From a virus, in IMG/VR virus record IMGVR_UViG_3300047376_000546: a DNA stretch of 64,000 nucleotides, one strand, 5' to 3'. Shown here piece after piece: positions 10,409-22,200 of this stretch (position 1 is the first letter of the stretch; the number at the start of each line of letters is the position of its first letter). The notes beneath the pieces are model-generated. The model worked only from the letters and a program-made list of their open reading frames with translations, ran no database searches and was not told the origin of the DNA. The translations under genes were made by a program, and so were the position numbers.

Positions 10409-12937
10409 ATGGCATACTATGTCAAAGATGATACTCTTAATCAACAGAACGTAGAGTATAAAGTAGATTTGCAAATCCAACACTCTGGTAATAAGGGTAG
10501 AGGGTTGAAGGCAGTCGATGCCAGATTATATGAGCCACTTAAAAATTACAGTGAAAATAATTTAGATAGAATGTATACACCTGTTTTTACTATCGATGAT
10601 AACCATCCTAGAAAACAGGGAGAAAATCCATATATCACGTATGATTTAACTTGGCCTGCAAATATTGGTACAGGTGATAGAATTTTATCATTAGAGGCAT
10701 GTGAAACAGAAGAGGGCCCTTGGACAGAAGTTGCAAGAATTGATGCAACAAACGAACCCTTATCTTGGACAGAGACTAGAGTGAGTCTTAAACTAGATGC
10801 AAAGAACCGTGGATTTGGTAGTGGTTCTGGCGATACTGGTGGTGCATCCAAACATGGTATCATTGCAAACAGAAATGATATTACAGGATATGTACAAATA
10901 GGTACACATTATCCTCGTTCTTGGCAATCCCCAACATTCAATGCAACTGGAATGGATACTCTTTCATTTTATTATATCATTGGTAATGATAGTAATGGTC
11001 TGGAATATACAGATATGACCAGAGAAAAATATATCATGACATTGGTGAGAAAATCTGATGGTCGTGTAATGCAGACACTAAACTTTGACTTTAGACAAAA
11101 CTCTTGGGCACTAATGAGTATGAACGTGAGAAATGCAAGTGGAAACTGTTATATTAAAATTGTACAACCACATCATTCTGGCGGTAAATATGATGGAGCA
11201 GGATTTTGTTTTTTCAAAGGCACATCAACTATAACTCATTATAAAAATGGTGATGCAACTGCAAATTTCTACTTTAATCAGGGTGGTGAGTATCAGGGAG
11301 TTGAAGTTATAGGTGATGGTAGACCATACGTTTCTGGTGATAATATTGGCCGTGGTGCGAATAAGAGATTTTTTAGATTTTCTGTTATATCAAAAAATGG
11401 TCATAATGTAGTAAGAGATGTTAAACCAAACAATTCTACAGGTACTTTACTAAGTCCATTAGGAAATGATAGGACAAAATGGTGGGTTCCAAAAGAAATA
11501 TATGCAAAAGATTCTGGTGCATGGAAAGAAATCAGAGAAGTTTATGTAAAGAATAACAATAATTGGAATAAAGTATATCCATTGTTTATTAACTCAGAAA
11601 ATTTTGTTAGTATTTCCGATATACAAATAAAACAAAAGAAAGATTATATTCCTTTAAGTGCAGTTTATGTGGATAATACGACAACTATTACTGCATCCAG
11701 TATTTTACCAAATCCAGTAATATTAATTGCTGGGGTGAGTTCCGATGCAGCTCCAAGTTTCCTAATCACACCTCCACTGGAATCTGGTAAGTTGACGGGC
11801 ACAAACTTTGAATGGGGATATTCTCTATACAATCGAGGTGAAAAATTACCAAAATGGAAATTAGATCAAAACGATACAGGTTCGTATAATAACGGATTTA
11901 TGTTGGCGTTAGAAGTTGATGGGCCAAATATAAATGATCTTAACCAAGTTGGAGTTGGTATACAGGATGTTGGATTTAGTGCAAATTTACAATCAGGAAT
12001 AAAAGATAATGATTTAATAGTTGCAATACAAAGATTTTCTAATCCAAGTTCTGTACGTACAGAAACTGAATATAATTCAGCAAGGCCTGCAGGGTGGAGT
12101 TTACAGTCATTTTCTGGTGGTGAAAATGGTTTTGTAGTTTATACAAAAATTGCATCAAAGGCGGACTCAGGAAAAGTATATAACTTTCCACAACATGCAA
12201 ATGACTCATCAGAAATATTTACTATCGTATTTAGAGATACAAATAATATACCTATTAAAACTGTTGCAAAGGCCGGATTTAAACAACAAACATCATCTAC
12301 AAATCCACATGCATTTACTTTAGCATGGTCTGGAATGAATTTAAATAGAACTGGTTCTACAAGTGCTGATGCATTGGCAAATACTAAAAGAACTTTACCA
12401 CCACTGTCACCTGGCGTTGTCAGATATCACGTATGGGGTTGGTGGGGCGATAGTAAATTATTAGGTGGGTATGGGTACTATCGTGGTGGTAGACCTGCAA
12501 CAGTTAAGTATATTGAAAGCCAAATGGATACTCCAGAAAATATTGGTAACTATTATGTATCTATGTATCATGGATATATTGTACCACATGTTTCTGGTAC
12601 ATACAAATTTAATACGTATTCAGATGATGGTAGTTATTTTTGGTTAGGAGACCATGCAAAATTTAAAAGTACTAGGACTCGCGCAAACGCACAAGTTGAC
12701 AATGGTGGGGATCATGGTAAAAGATTTGCATCTCAGGAATACTCTAAATATCTAACAGCAGGACAAAGATATCCTGTATTTGCAAACATGTATGAAAGAC
12801 GCGGCCGTGATGTTTTGAGAGTATTTGTAAAATCTCCAAACCATAGTAATGATTGGCAATTAAAGAATTCTGATTTTTCATGGATGCACGACCCTAATGA
12901 AGATTTTTCATTTGGTACAAAATATTTTAATGGATAA
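10409..12937 (+). CDS. Multi-domain adhesin/receptor-binding protein with C-terminal PA14 domain
   Basis: C-terminal YHGYIVPHVSGTYKFNTYSDDGSYFWLG...NGGDHG...YLTAGQRYPV...YERRG is the PA14 pattern. Upstream jelly-roll-like segments are present, plus a YAKDSGAWKEIREVYVK fibre-associated motif. Confidence 0.7.
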   Translation: MAYYVKDDTLNQQNVEYKVDLQIQHSGNKGRGLKAVDARLYEPLKNYSENNLDRMYTPVFTIDDNHPRKQGENPYITYDLTWPANIGTGDRILSLEACETEEGPWTEVARIDATNEPLSWTETRVSLKLDAKNRGFGSGSGDTGGASKHGIIANRNDITGYVQIGTHYPRSWQSPTFNATGMDTLSFYYIIGNDSNGLEYTDMTREKYIMTLVRKSDGRVMQTLNFDFRQNSWALMSMNVRNASGNCYIKIVQPHHSGGKYDGAGFCFFKGTSTITHYKNGDATANFYFNQGGEYQGVEVIGDGRPYVSGDNIGRGANKRFFRFSVISKNGHNVVRDVKPNNSTGTLLSPLGNDRTKWWVPKEIYAKDSGAWKEIREVYVKNNNNWNKVYPLFINSENFVSISDIQIKQKKDYIPLSAVYVDNTTTITASSILPNPVILIAGVSSDAAPSFLITPPLESGKLTGTNFEWGYSLYNRGEKLPKWKLDQNDTGSYNNGFMLALEVDGPNINDLNQVGVGIQDVGFSANLQSGIKDNDLIVAIQRFSNPSSVRTETEYNSARPAGWSLQSFSGGENGFVVYTKIASKADSGKVYNFPQHANDSSEIFTIVFRDTNNIPIKTVAKAGFKQQTSSTNPHAFTLAWSGMNLNRTGSTSADALANTKRTLPPLSPGVVRYHVWGWWGDSKLLGGYGYYRGGRPATVKYIESQMDTPENIGNYYVSMYHGYIVPHVSGTYKFNTYSDDGSYFWLGDHAKFKSTRTRANAQVDNGGDHGKRFASQEYSKYLTAGQRYPVFANMYERRGRDVLRVFVKSPNHSNDWQLKNSDFSWMHDPNEDFSFGTKYFNG

Positions 12938-12940
12938 GAA

Positions 12941-13537
12941 ATGTCATATATAGAAAACAGTCAACAAAGTAATTTTATCATAAATATCGGTATAGATGGA
13001 AATTCTACTGGTATTGATAATGTTAGTAATGGTGTGGTAACAACTCCGAATGGTGATATTGCAGTAGACTTTGCCCCTATGATTTCGTCATTTACCTCAA
13101 ATAATTATGGTAATGCATATTCATGTGAAACTGAAATAGTATTGGTTGGGCCCAGTGTAACAAAAGAAAGATTGGTTAGTCTTGGAATAGACCCAGAAGA
13201 AACAGTTTTATCATATTCTATTATTGAGGTTTGGTTTAGATTTGATATACAAGATGAATTTGATATTGGTTTTTGGAGATTAAGTGAAACAGAAGATTGG
13301 ACAACTGGTGAAAAAATTGTAAGTGTTTCTGGAAAAGATAACACCGGCAATAGAACTTCTAAGTTCCATAGTCTAATATTACCACAACCAGAAAATGATG
13401 ATATCTTCGTACTTTCTTATGGAGACAATTCTGGAATTAACAATATAACTGCAACTGTATCTTGTAATGGATTTGTACCAATACATTATCAAAATTTGTC
13501 TGGTGGCGGCGGAAGTAATACAGGTTCTGCGGCATAA
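12941..13537 (+). CDS. Hypothetical protein, probably virion-associated
   Basis: 198-aa ORF starting 3 nt after the PA14 gene. It is beta-rich and acidic, with no recognised family. Confidence 0.55.
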   Translation: MSYIENSQQSNFIINIGIDGNSTGIDNVSNGVVTTPNGDIAVDFAPMISSFTSNNYGNAYSCETEIVLVGPSVTKERLVSLGIDPEETVLSYSIIEVWFRFDIQDEFDIGFWRLSETEDWTTGEKIVSVSGKDNTGNRTSKFHSLILPQPENDDIFVLSYGDNSGINNITATVSCNGFVPIHYQNLSGGGGSNTGSAA

Positions 13538-13540
13538 ATA
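13533..13540 (+). promoter_or_regulatory. Variant late promoter box CATAAATA
   Basis: One mismatch to TATAAATA, overlapping the upstream stop codon, 32 nt before the ATG at 13573. Confidence 0.4.
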
Positions 13541-13572
13541 GATATATAACGAATTAGAAAGAGTAAACTAAT

Positions 13573-15321
13573 ATGGCACAATTACAAGTTACCTTATCAG
13601 CATTTAAAAACTATGGAGTTTCTACTGTAAGAACAGGGTTCACTGCCTTCACTGGTAATGGTGGTTTTACTGGTGATGGTGGATTGGACGGTACTCCATA
13701 TGGTGGAATGCTCAAAGTTTTAGATTTAGATTTAAAACGAGAATGGCAATTATACAACGGAATCCCACAATCTGGTAATGAAGTGGTAGACGCCGCAGAT
13801 GGTTCAACCCTAGTAACAAAAAGATTTTTTGACCCAGTATTTCCTGTTGCTGGATATGATGGTACACCTAGTTATGGTACTACTGATGATGGACAACCAC
13901 AATTGCAACATGTAATTGTGTACGATTCTACAGACCAAATGTCACCAAATCAAGGTCAAGTTTCTAGAGGTATCGATCAAAAATTTAGATTGCGTCTTGA
14001 ATATGATGAACGTCCGAGGTTATTTGAAAGTGACAAAGAATTTTCTGCAGAGTTATATCAACTAAATTTAAAAATGCGTAATTTGGGATTAGACACATAT
14101 AGTGACGGTAATGCAATTGATGAAACTCTCGTAAGTACTTGGGGAGAAACCCTAGTTAATTCACATCCTGGCTATGGTACTGTTACAAATGCAAGTTTGC
14201 CGGCGGGATGGGAGGCCACAGTAGGAATTCCAAATCCTTCTTATGCGTGGTTAAAAATTAACATTGCAACCAAAAACCAAATTTTAGATAACGGAGATAT
14301 TACTGCACCATTAGGTATTAGTGATGGTTTAATTACTTTAGAAAATGGTGCATCAGTTTCTACTTCTATCTTACGAGATCCTGGCCAGTGTGTTGATTTA
14401 TTTTTCGAAGATATTGTAATTCCTGAAGATGGTGGTACTATTAATAGAAGTACTCGTTGGAGAAATAAAAGACGCGGCAAAGGTTGGTTTAAAAGATTCC
14501 CCAAACAGGATAGTTCAGTAGCCGGTACATATCCTATGCAATATAGAATTACATTCACAGAACGTGGATTTTGTTTCTTTATAATGGATGATAGTTCAAC
14601 AGACCAAAACGATGATTATGCATGGGTACTTGCACAAAGAACTGTAGATAATCAAACAGGTATTACAAGAACTGATGAATCATCTAGATTCCCATTACAT
14701 TGTATGTATTCTTGTTCAAGGGAAAGTGTTTCGCCTAGAGATTTTGGTGTATACTTTACTCAACAGGCTGCAAATTTACAGACTGCAGCAAATGCTATTG
14801 GTAATGTGTATGATGAATCTGGAAATGAATTTTCGGTATCCGAATTAAATTCAGATTCATTATATATTTTGAATCCATATGACAGAGAAGATTCTCTCGC
14901 AGATGAATTTATGGCAAAAAATATTTGGAGATTTGTTGCAAGAGAATTTGATATCGTAAAACCATGGGATGTACACAAAGATTGTACTAGACACCAGACA
15001 GATAGTAATGCAATTATCAACCCAATGGAACAACTTGCAATTACAGATGATAACAGGTTTGTTATCACTTTCCCAACAGGACTCACTACTCAAAGATATA
15101 TGTATCCAAAAGAAGAAATTGATTTAATTGCATTCTCATCTTCAGAAGTAGTTGCACAGAGTAGTAATGTACCTATGCAAACATACAAACCAGATGGAAC
15201 AAATACAGATAACCGAAGATATCAGGGGATGTTATCAACTCTACCAAATGGAAACGGAATGAGAGTGTTGATGTTAGTGAATGGAGACTATATTTTCAAC
15301 AGTGATGTTAACATAGACTAG
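13573..15321 (+). CDS. Virion protein, paralogue 1 of the four-member 'KPWD-x-H / GNGMR' scaffold family
   Basis: Shares YPxxYRxT...DDYAW...QRxVD...PxHCxY, RFVxRExDxxKPWDxH, IINPxEQL, FPxxxxxQRY and GMxST...GNGMR with the ORFs at 15387, 19230 and 33174. Confidence 0.7.
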   Translation: MAQLQVTLSAFKNYGVSTVRTGFTAFTGNGGFTGDGGLDGTPYGGMLKVLDLDLKREWQLYNGIPQSGNEVVDAADGSTLVTKRFFDPVFPVAGYDGTPSYGTTDDGQPQLQHVIVYDSTDQMSPNQGQVSRGIDQKFRLRLEYDERPRLFESDKEFSAELYQLNLKMRNLGLDTYSDGNAIDETLVSTWGETLVNSHPGYGTVTNASLPAGWEATVGIPNPSYAWLKINIATKNQILDNGDITAPLGISDGLITLENGASVSTSILRDPGQCVDLFFEDIVIPEDGGTINRSTRWRNKRRGKGWFKRFPKQDSSVAGTYPMQYRITFTERGFCFFIMDDSSTDQNDDYAWVLAQRTVDNQTGITRTDESSRFPLHCMYSCSRESVSPRDFGVYFTQQAANLQTAANAIGNVYDESGNEFSVSELNSDSLYILNPYDREDSLADEFMAKNIWRFVAREFDIVKPWDVHKDCTRHQTDSNAIINPMEQLAITDDNRFVITFPTGLTTQRYMYPKEEIDLIAFSSSEVVAQSSNVPMQTYKPDGTNTDNRRYQGMLSTLPNGNGMRVLMLVNGDYIFNSDVNID

Positions 15322-15332
15322 AAGAAAAGTTT

Positions 15333-15340
15333 TATAAATA
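15333..15340 (+). promoter_or_regulatory. T4-type late promoter box TATAAATA
   Basis: Exact match in the intergenic region before the ORF at 15387. Confidence 0.8.
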
Positions 15341-15386
15341 TATTCAGATAAACAAAAAGTCCTAAAAATTTTAAAGGAGATTATTA

Positions 15387-18300
15387 ATGCCAAGTTCAAG
15401 TGGGTATAGTATTCAAAGAAATGAGATTATTAATATCTCTCACAGACAACACGTAGAATACCATACAGGTGGCGGTTCTACAAGAGTGTTTCCATTACGT
15501 TCAAAAATCGATTACGAAGATAAAGATTGGAATTGGGAAATTAAAGTTGGTGAAGTAAGATATTCTATTGACAGAACACAAGGTAAAAATTCAGTTGATG
15601 GTACTACAACAGACCCCGATGTAACATCTTGGGAAGATGGTACATATAAAGAAGGTTCACAACTTGCCGGCCTAGGTTCTGTAGAATTTGATAGAAGTGC
15701 CGGAATTTTCGGTTCTTTGATTTTTGCAGAAGAATATAGACCAGTATCTGGTGATACAGTTGAGGTTAGATTTCAAGAGGCGCAAGATTCTTGGACAGGT
15801 ACAGATGGTGGTTTATTATACCAACTTGCAAAAGACTTGACTGTTCATCCTTATGACACACCAGAATTGTTAAAGGCAACACATGCAACACCTCTTGACG
15901 TTAACGGCGATCCAGTAGCGGCTGGATATACAGATGCAAGTGTTACAAAACTTAGACATACTTTAACTACACAATATAACGATGATTATACCACAACAGG
16001 AATTGAGGGTGTACAGAAAACTTTTAAACATCTTTATAAAGTTGTTAGAGAATGGAGAACTTCTTTTGAAAAGGATATCTCTACCATTGGATCATCTAAT
16101 GTTGTATTGACTGCAGCATCTGGTACTGCAATGTTACCATTCACTAGAGGTGATTTGGGAGATGGAGAATTTAGAGTTTCAATTAATGGAAAATTATTAC
16201 CAGAAAGTTTTTACACAGTCGAATCAGATGACGCGACTAGAAGAAGTACTATTACATTACTTGCTGGTTCAGAAATTACATGGGTAGACTCAGCAGATCT
16301 CAATAATGTTAATGTTGCAATCGGATATCATTGGAAACATTCTTTAGATGTTCCATATGGTGCATTAGTAGGAAAGGCTGGATTGGGTCCAATTCAAACT
16401 GCAATAAGTGGTGTAAACCATGCATTTGTTGCGAATGATGGTATTGTATTTATTCCCGCCACTTCTTCACAACAATATGCAATATTAGATTTAAATTGGG
16501 ATGCAGCAAATCAAACATTTACAGTCAATACTGACGGTGGTGGTCAAGTTCTGGCAACTTCGGATCAAAATTCATATATTGATGCTGGTAGCATCTTTTT
16601 GATTGAATACGAAGAAGTTGATACATATGCACCCGCATTTAACTTGATTTATCCAAAACCATTATCCAATAATAAAGTAGATGTTGAATATGCACTAAGA
16701 GATATCAGTGATAAATTTTTAGTTGAATCATCTAAAGGGGTAGATTTGTTGTCTGATGACACATTGACACCAGAATATACATCTCCTACTTCAAATCGTA
16801 AACCCCAAAAATGGAGATTGCGTTTTGAATGGGATAGAAAACTTGCATCTGTAAGAGTTAATGTTGCAACTTCATACCAATTACTTGATGACATGTCTGT
16901 GACAAAAGGACAATCTAGAGATGGTATCAAAGGTCCAGTATCTAGAGAGCCTGGAGAACTGTGTGATATCTATAAAGAACCTAATGTTGGTAGAGGTAGT
17001 ACTTATCAATTAATTAAGTCTAAATCAGATTTTTATAGAAGATCTCAAAAAGATATAGACGATACTGCACGAACATATCCTTTATCATATAGAATTACTA
17101 TTACTGACCATGGTATGGGTTTCTTTATGTGGGAACAAGCATCTGTAGATCAAGATGATGATTATGCGTGGTTTGTTGTACAGAGACACGTAGACCAAAC
17201 AACAGGACAACCAGAGTTTACTGGAAAGTCTCCTGTCCACTGTGTGTATTCTCCATGTAAAAGACCAATAGATATTGCAGATTTAAACCAATACTATGCC
17301 GCATCTGATATTAATGATTTAACAAAGACACCAAATCTTTATACATCATTAGGACAAATGTTGGAAACAGAAGGCCCAACACTTTATTTTGACCCAACAG
17401 AGACAATGTTTAATGGTACGGTAAACGCACTAGACTTTACAGGTAAAGGGTATTTGACAGGTACTGATGCGTCTGGAGACAGTACTGGAGAGAAAAAAGA
17501 ATTAGATGTTGGTATCGTTGGTTCTAAACTGACTCAAACAACGGATTATTGGTTGAAAGGTTATCAGTGGCAAGTAACAGATCCAGCTACTTTTGATTCA
17601 AGTGCATTCAATTTTCCAGCAGATTTCACGACGATAACTTCAAACGAGAGAGTTAATGATTTAGAAATTGTCGGGTTTACAGAGTTGCCTAGAGATGGTG
17701 TATCTTCTACTGCAAAATCCAAAGGCTCTAGTTGGGTTATGGATTCTAGACTAGCTCCACATTTTTCTGGTAATGTAATTTATCCAGAAAATAGAATTGA
17801 ACGTGTTTCTACTTTTGTAACTGCCGCAACTGATGCAACCGATGGTATTCCAGATGGTGCAACCGGCGCAGCGCCTGGAGATTGGTCAGACCCTTCATAT
17901 GCAATGTTGGACATTCTATACAACGAAAATCAAGCAAACCAAACGAAGGTTTTAGATTCTTTGATTGTTGCTATTGATGGACAAGAATTGATTAGAGATA
18001 CAGATGCATATATTCTTAATTATGACCAGTGGGTAAGAATGGGAGATCCATCAACAGGTCATAGATTTATACAATCACTTGATGCCGCTGGTGTAACTAA
18101 ATTGGGTAGTAGTTTTAAACTACCAGTTGAATCTACTGCAGCAGTACCAGATTATATTAAAGAAATTTTTGATGGTACATCACAAAATGCTGCAACATAT
18201 AAGGAAGGTGTAGACCTTGATTGGACCGTATACAATCCAACCGATCCCACTGGTGGTGCGAGTATGGCATGTAGTGTTATAAACCCAACAACAAAAGAGG

Positions 18301-19175
18301 CATATAAAATACACTTCATTTATGCATTGTGGGAAATCTTTGGTGATAAATATAAGACTCCTGTAAATTCATCAACTGGATTAAATATTAGTAAATATAC
18401 AAATCTAACTGGTGCGTCTGTGAATGGTAGATTGCCTGGCGATCCAATTTGGTCATTATTAGACCCAACTAAAAATGTATATATCTATGATTTCTTTAAC
18501 CAAACATTATTGTTTAGAGATGCACCAAGACCTAGTGCAGCATTAACTGTTAAATTAATTAATTACGTATTTGCGGACCCAGCAGGAAACGCATATTATA
18601 TCGAAACACCTGAAGATAGAGATTTTCCAGAGAGAAATCAAAATTTCCAAAAAACAATTAATAGATTTGTTGTTAGAGAACAGGATGTATTAAAACCTTG
18701 GGATTTCCACGTATCTGCAACTATGCATGAAATTGATTCAAATGCAATTATTAATCCACAAGAACAGTTGTCAATTACACAGGATAGAGACTTTGTATTC
18801 TCATTCCCAACTCAACTTACATCACAAAGATTTTATTATCCAAGAAGTGAACTTGATTTGATTACAGTTTCTTCTGCAGACTTTAGTACTCAATCAGGTA
18901 GTATTGAAATTGAAAAATATACAGATTCTGATGGTTTGAATGCACAGTTTACAGTTGGTGGACAAGGTTTTGATGTAACATCCGCTGGTACTGCACACCC
19001 ATACGCTGGACATGTAGGACCAGATGGACAGAAATACTACTGGAAGAAAAATAAAAGAAGATATGAAGGTATGATGAGTACATTACCAAACGGAAATGGA
19101 ATGAGGATCTTTATGCAAACTGCCGGTAGTAGTATCAAATTTACTGATACCAATGAAGGTGGCGCTCCAGCGTAG
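15387..19175 (+). CDS. Virion protein, paralogue 2 of the scaffold family (1262 aa)
   Basis: Same conserved blocks as the 13573 ORF (TYPLSYRITITDHG, PVHCVYS, RFVVREQDVLKPWDFH, GMMSTLPNGNGMR), with large insertions. Confidence 0.7.
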   Translation: MPSSSGYSIQRNEIINISHRQHVEYHTGGGSTRVFPLRSKIDYEDKDWNWEIKVGEVRYSIDRTQGKNSVDGTTTDPDVTSWEDGTYKEGSQLAGLGSVEFDRSAGIFGSLIFAEEYRPVSGDTVEVRFQEAQDSWTGTDGGLLYQLAKDLTVHPYDTPELLKATHATPLDVNGDPVAAGYTDASVTKLRHTLTTQYNDDYTTTGIEGVQKTFKHLYKVVREWRTSFEKDISTIGSSNVVLTAASGTAMLPFTRGDLGDGEFRVSINGKLLPESFYTVESDDATRRSTITLLAGSEITWVDSADLNNVNVAIGYHWKHSLDVPYGALVGKAGLGPIQTAISGVNHAFVANDGIVFIPATSSQQYAILDLNWDAANQTFTVNTDGGGQVLATSDQNSYIDAGSIFLIEYEEVDTYAPAFNLIYPKPLSNNKVDVEYALRDISDKFLVESSKGVDLLSDDTLTPEYTSPTSNRKPQKWRLRFEWDRKLASVRVNVATSYQLLDDMSVTKGQSRDGIKGPVSREPGELCDIYKEPNVGRGSTYQLIKSKSDFYRRSQKDIDDTARTYPLSYRITITDHGMGFFMWEQASVDQDDDYAWFVVQRHVDQTTGQPEFTGKSPVHCVYSPCKRPIDIADLNQYYAASDINDLTKTPNLYTSLGQMLETEGPTLYFDPTETMFNGTVNALDFTGKGYLTGTDASGDSTGEKKELDVGIVGSKLTQTTDYWLKGYQWQVTDPATFDSSAFNFPADFTTITSNERVNDLEIVGFTELPRDGVSSTAKSKGSSWVMDSRLAPHFSGNVIYPENRIERVSTFVTAATDATDGIPDGATGAAPGDWSDPSYAMLDILYNENQANQTKVLDSLIVAIDGQELIRDTDAYILNYDQWVRMGDPSTGHRFIQSLDAAGVTKLGSSFKLPVESTAAVPDYIKEIFDGTSQNAATYKEGVDLDWTVYNPTDPTGGASMACSVINPTTKEAYKIHFIYALWEIFGDKYKTPVNSSTGLNISKYTNLTGASVNGRLPGDPIWSLLDPTKNVYIYDFFNQTLLFRDAPRPSAALTVKLINYVFADPAGNAYYIETPEDRDFPERNQNFQKTINRFVVREQDVLKPWDFHVSATMHEIDSNAIINPQEQLSITQDRDFVFSFPTQLTSQRFYYPRSELDLITVSSADFSTQSGSIEIEKYTDSDGLNAQFTVGGQGFDVTSAGTAHPYAGHVGPDGQKYYWKKNKRRYEGMMSTLPNGNGMRIFMQTAGSSIKFTDTNEGGAPA

Positions 19176-19190
19176 TATTATAATGATGAT

Positions 19191-19198
19191 TATAAATA
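19191..19198 (+). promoter_or_regulatory. T4-type late promoter box TATAAATA
   Basis: Exact match upstream of the ORF at 19230. Confidence 0.8.
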
Positions 19199-19229
19199 TA
19201 GATAAACAAACATATGGGGTAAATAAAAG

Positions 19230-22200
19230 ATGGCATCTACTTTAACGCAACCATTCGCATCAGCTGGATTTTCAGTACAAAGAACTGAAATTACTAGTGT
19301 TATGCAACCAACCTATGCGGAATATTTTGTGAGTGATGGTGTCACTAGACATTTACCACTCAAAAGATTGCCAGATCTTGGTTTGGCCGATATTGCTTCA
19401 GTAAGAATTTTTGTAAATGAATTTAATGAATTAATTGCAGACAATTATACCGGCGACGATACATATCCAGATAGTGGTGATTTTTTATTCAGTGACCAAC
19501 AAACATATGATCCAGGCAGTGGAGTAATTCAAACTCCAAACGGTTATATTTTGTTTAATACTGGAAAAATTCCTACATCTGGTGCAACTATAAAAATAGT
19601 ATATTTTATAAATCCAGAAAACTATACTGAATATGAAGATGGTGTTTTGAGAAATCTTGCATTAGATTTATGTTTACATCCATATAAAAATAACTTTACA
19701 TCAACATTCGAAAATCAATCTCAAACTGTTGCACCACTAACAGTAACTGGTGCAACAGGAGTTGGTGCAACTATGATTGCGGAATTTAGTGATGCACCAG
19801 TAGGTAGTTGGTTAGTAGATGGGTCTGCTTCTACTACACTTGTAGGTAAACGAATTAGAGAAGTTTCTGGTACTGGTATTGCAACAATTGCATCTATTAC
19901 CGATGGTACTACCATTACTGCAACTGTAGATGTTCCGTTTTCCCAAGTTACTGCGGGCGATAAAGTTTATTCTAAAGGAGAGTGGTCTCTAATTATTCCG
20001 GCAGATGAAGTTGAGGTTCAACCTTATAATTTGATTTATCCATATGAAACGGAAACTTCAACAACACCAATTTCAATTGACGTAAACGGACAACAAGATC
20101 ATACTGCTGTTATGAAGGCAATTCGTAGAGTTGGTAATTTACTAGTAGTAGAATCTGAAAAGGCAACCGACTTATTGTCATCTAGATCAGATATTAATTC
20201 AGTTTCAGAGGCCATACCTACAAATTTGAATTTACCATCGCCAGTTAGACAAAGACGCTCTCCACAAAAATGGAGAATTCGTTTCTATTATGACGAAAGA
20301 GATGATTACGTGCATGTTAACGTTGGTACAAAATATCAACTTCTAGATAATGGTGATACTACTAGAGGGCAGGATAGAGATGGTACGAAGAAGTCCGTGT
20401 TTAGACTGCCGGGCGAGCTCGCCGAAATTTATTTTGCGCCAGGCATAGAAGGAGCAAAGGCAAAAGCAGGATTTTTCCGTAGACAAGGTAAAACATCATC
20501 TGATACAAATAATACATATCCAATTACTTATAGATTGACATGTACAGATCATGGTACTTCTCTATTTATGTTTGATCAGGCATCTGTAGATCAAGATGAT
20601 GATTATGCATGGTTTGTTATACAGAGACATGTGGATAATTCTTCGGGTAAAATCGAATTTGAAGATGGTAAGTCTCCTGTGCATTGTGTATATTCCCCAA
20701 GTAAAAGACCTTTTGAGACTTCAGAACAAAATGCTGGATATTACTCATCTTTTGAGAAGAATTTAGATTTTGCTACAACTCCATTTCAAACAACTACAGT
20801 CTCTACAGATTTACAAAATATATATGATGCTTCTGGCAGAAAATTGAAGCCAGGAAACCAAATAGATATTTCTATTATAACCGATAGTTTACCTATACAA
20901 GCAAATGAATATGGTAGTGGTATAAATTATAGTGGACCAAATGCCCAGAAAATTTATAATACTCCAACTGGTACATCTGCTTCAACCAAAACAGTGGCTT
21001 TGCAAAGTGTTTCTGGTGGTGGTTATGTAGATGATCAAGCCACCGCGCAGAGAACCACGAACATAACAACGGTCAATTCATACGATTACATAACAGTAAA
21101 CCAATATGATGCAGCATATAACGATAAACTTGGTCCAGCTATGTTGGGATTAGAAATTGAAGAAGTTGTATTACTTGACACGATTGACAACGATTCAGTA
21201 CATGCAGTATTAGTTGAAGGAGTTGATTATAAATTTGAAATAGACTCAGTTACCCCAGCAGTATATACTGGTTCTACACTAACAACTCAAGAAATGGTTT
21301 CGCACAAAATGAGTTTTCTTCATCCATCGGGCAATCCTTTGGAAATTGGTGGGGTCGTCTTTCGCAACACCACCATCAGCTCCACCAACACTAATCCTAC
21401 ATTGGGCCCAGATACAACCCCCAAAGTACGTGTCAAATATAGATGGAAAGGTGCTGGTTATCTAAATAAATATATCAATCCATATGGCCGACAAGGAGAT
21501 GCAACTGCACAATTAGAAGATGCCGCAAGATTGAATGTATTTGTCGAGAATGTTGAATTAGATCATGCAAGGAATCCATACGAATATACAGTAAATTCTA
21601 CTGGTGATGTATTGTGGCCTGCAAATACTGCATCATTTCAAGGTACTAGTTTAAATACATATGTATATAGTTTACCAGTAGATTCCGTATTCCTTAGAGA
21701 ATCTTTATCCGAAGGTCAAGTCTTGAAAATGCAACTACAAAATTATGCAGAAGACCCAGAAGCACAAAACTTATATTTAATAGAAGTACCAGAAGATCCA
21801 GATTTTCCAAAACACTGGACAGATATGCATAGAGAGGCAAAAGGAATTTATAGGTTTGTTGTAAGAGAATATGATGTATTAAAACCTTGGGATTATCATG
21901 TCTCTGCAGTTATTCCACAAGTTGATAGTCCTGCTATTATCAATCCAGTTGAACAATTATCTATTACTCAAGATAAAACCTTTGTGTTTAATTTTCCAAC
22001 ACCAATGGCATCTCAAAGATATATATATCCAAACTCAGAAATGGATTTAATTTGTTTCTCAGGTGCAGATTCATCAACTGAAGGTGGAATTACCAATGTT
22101 GGTACAGCCACATCTCCAAAATATGATTTAGATGGAGAACAAGATAGTAGTGTTGGTGGGGGAACCGCCGGCACATCTACACTTAAACCATCAGATGCAT

